A DNA stretch of 64,000 nt from Podarcis muralis (lineage: Eukaryota), in the NCBI RefSeq assembly GCF_964188315.1, contig NC_135662.1:78926001-78990000 (forward strand). The letters run 5' to 3'. The position numbers and the translations under genes are program-made. Below are positions 62,684 through 64,000 of this stretch, piece after piece (positions within the stretch are counted from its first letter, which is position 1; every line of letters starts with the position of its first letter). A model generated the notes under the pieces. The model saw only the letters and a list, made by a program, of their open reading frames with translations, was not told the DNA's origin and searched no databases.

Positions 62684-64000
62684 CCTATACCCACTTGGGA
62701 GTAAGCCCGATTGAACACTGTGGGACTTCCTTCTGAGTAGGCATGCACAGGATTGCTCTGCAAGTTTAACCCAGCAGGTCAGTTGTTCCTGGAAGCGACA
62801 GAGTGTGTTCCCTTCACATTGGAATACTACCTTTGTTTCAAGTTGATCCCTATATTGTTAAGAGTTCATTAAATAAGAATGAATAAATTCCTGCCTCCCA
62901 GAGTGAGAATGAAGCAGGGGTTGTTTCCAAGGGTTATGCCTGGTATCTTCAGATGTGGATGGGTGTTTGGGGCAGGGTAGTGCCCTTAGCATACCTTTGT
63001 GGGGATTGGACATAATTTGGACTGTAAGGCTGGATGAATACCATTTATTCATGTGGGGCATATCATTAATTGTCGTCAGCTCTGACCAAGTTAGAGATGT
63101 TCTAGTAGTTTCTTTTTTTAAAAAAAAGGGTATTTACTGAATATTTTCTAATTTGAACATTCACTTCAAAAGTAGCACATTTGATGCCGCTGAATACTGA
63201 AAAATTACCTTGCCAAACATTCATATGATTTTCAAGTTGCTCGATGCTCTTTTGTTCCCCTGGCTTCTGCTTCTCTGCACAATTTTCTTCTCATTCCCCA
63301 CCTCCCTCACTGTGCTTGGCCTTATTTGCCCCTCACACTGCAGTCCTTTCAGCTCAGAGGTAATGCACTCTCTCAACAGGTCCTACCTGCTAATAGGTGG
63401 GCAACCACATTCTGAACCAGTTCAAGTTTCCAAACAACCTTCAAAAGCTATGTCCTGTAGAATATTTTGCAGAAATTCAGCCTGGACATTACCATGGCGT
63501 TCATTAGTGGCAAGGTCATCATTCTCCAGGAGCAGCCATGGCTAGCTTTCCAAGCTATGTTGGGGGAAAGCATTCCTAACTGACTCCCTTTTGGGATTTA
63601 AGGAGCACAGCTGGGTATAGGAGCAACCCAAGACTGTTCAGCTGATCCAGGGATCAGTGCTCACTTGTTTAGAACAGTATAGCCACCAACTGTGTCAATC
63701 AGACCTTCTCACCAACAGCATCTCTCTCTAGGTCTGGACTGGTCTTAAGTTTAATCATCCTAATCAAGCCCATTACTAACCCCAGAACCGTGGTTGCCTC
63801 ACCTGGTTCCACTGAAAAGTAGGGATAAAACTGTGTCATTCACACACCAGGGATATTTTACCTCAGGTATCATCCCACAGGTTTTTAAATCACACTTGCA
63901 GCATAGTGTGTGAAGTTTTTCACCTATGTACTTCGTCAGTGGGCATGTTTACAATATTACCCATGAGATGTCCGGCTAATACATTACTTCTGTGGTATGG

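Overview
Vertebrate genomic DNA, almost certainly from a squamate reptile and probably a lacertid lizard (inferred from eight Sauria/Squam1-type SINE copies). The whole window lies inside one + strand gene, delta-catenin (CTNND2). Seven GT-AG coding exons (1038-1221, 18986-19103, 25278-25463, 38321-38494, 44625-44775, 57785-57995, 58568-58652; 1,109 bp) splice in one continuous frame and encode the central and C-terminal armadillo repeats (GVLWNLSS...RDLRSLYKK). They appear to correspond to human exons ~12-18; that numbering is from memory. The exon at 38321-38494 is missing from the ORF track. The other ~98% is intron, dense in SINEs, BovB/L2/CR1/L1 fragments, Tigger-, Tc2- and hAT-type MITEs and microsatellites. 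I found no prokaryote-type system, no CRISPR array, no intact RNA gene and no autonomous transposon. The most interesting observations are: (1) a tRNA-Trp 3'-half/Sauria SINE chimera inside one target-site duplication (TSD); (2) a possible L2-disrupted counterpart of the rodent 25-aa delta-catenin cassette exon, which is speculative; (3) a MITE carrying a 110-bp copy of the flank of another MITE 17 kb away; (4) a 5'-inverted BovB insertion; (5) a Sola2-like element with ~83-bp TIRs and a 4-bp TSD; (6) MITE interiors built from perfect palindromes and 99-bp hairpin arrays. Repeat family names come from recalled consensus features and need RepeatMasker/Dfam confirmation.
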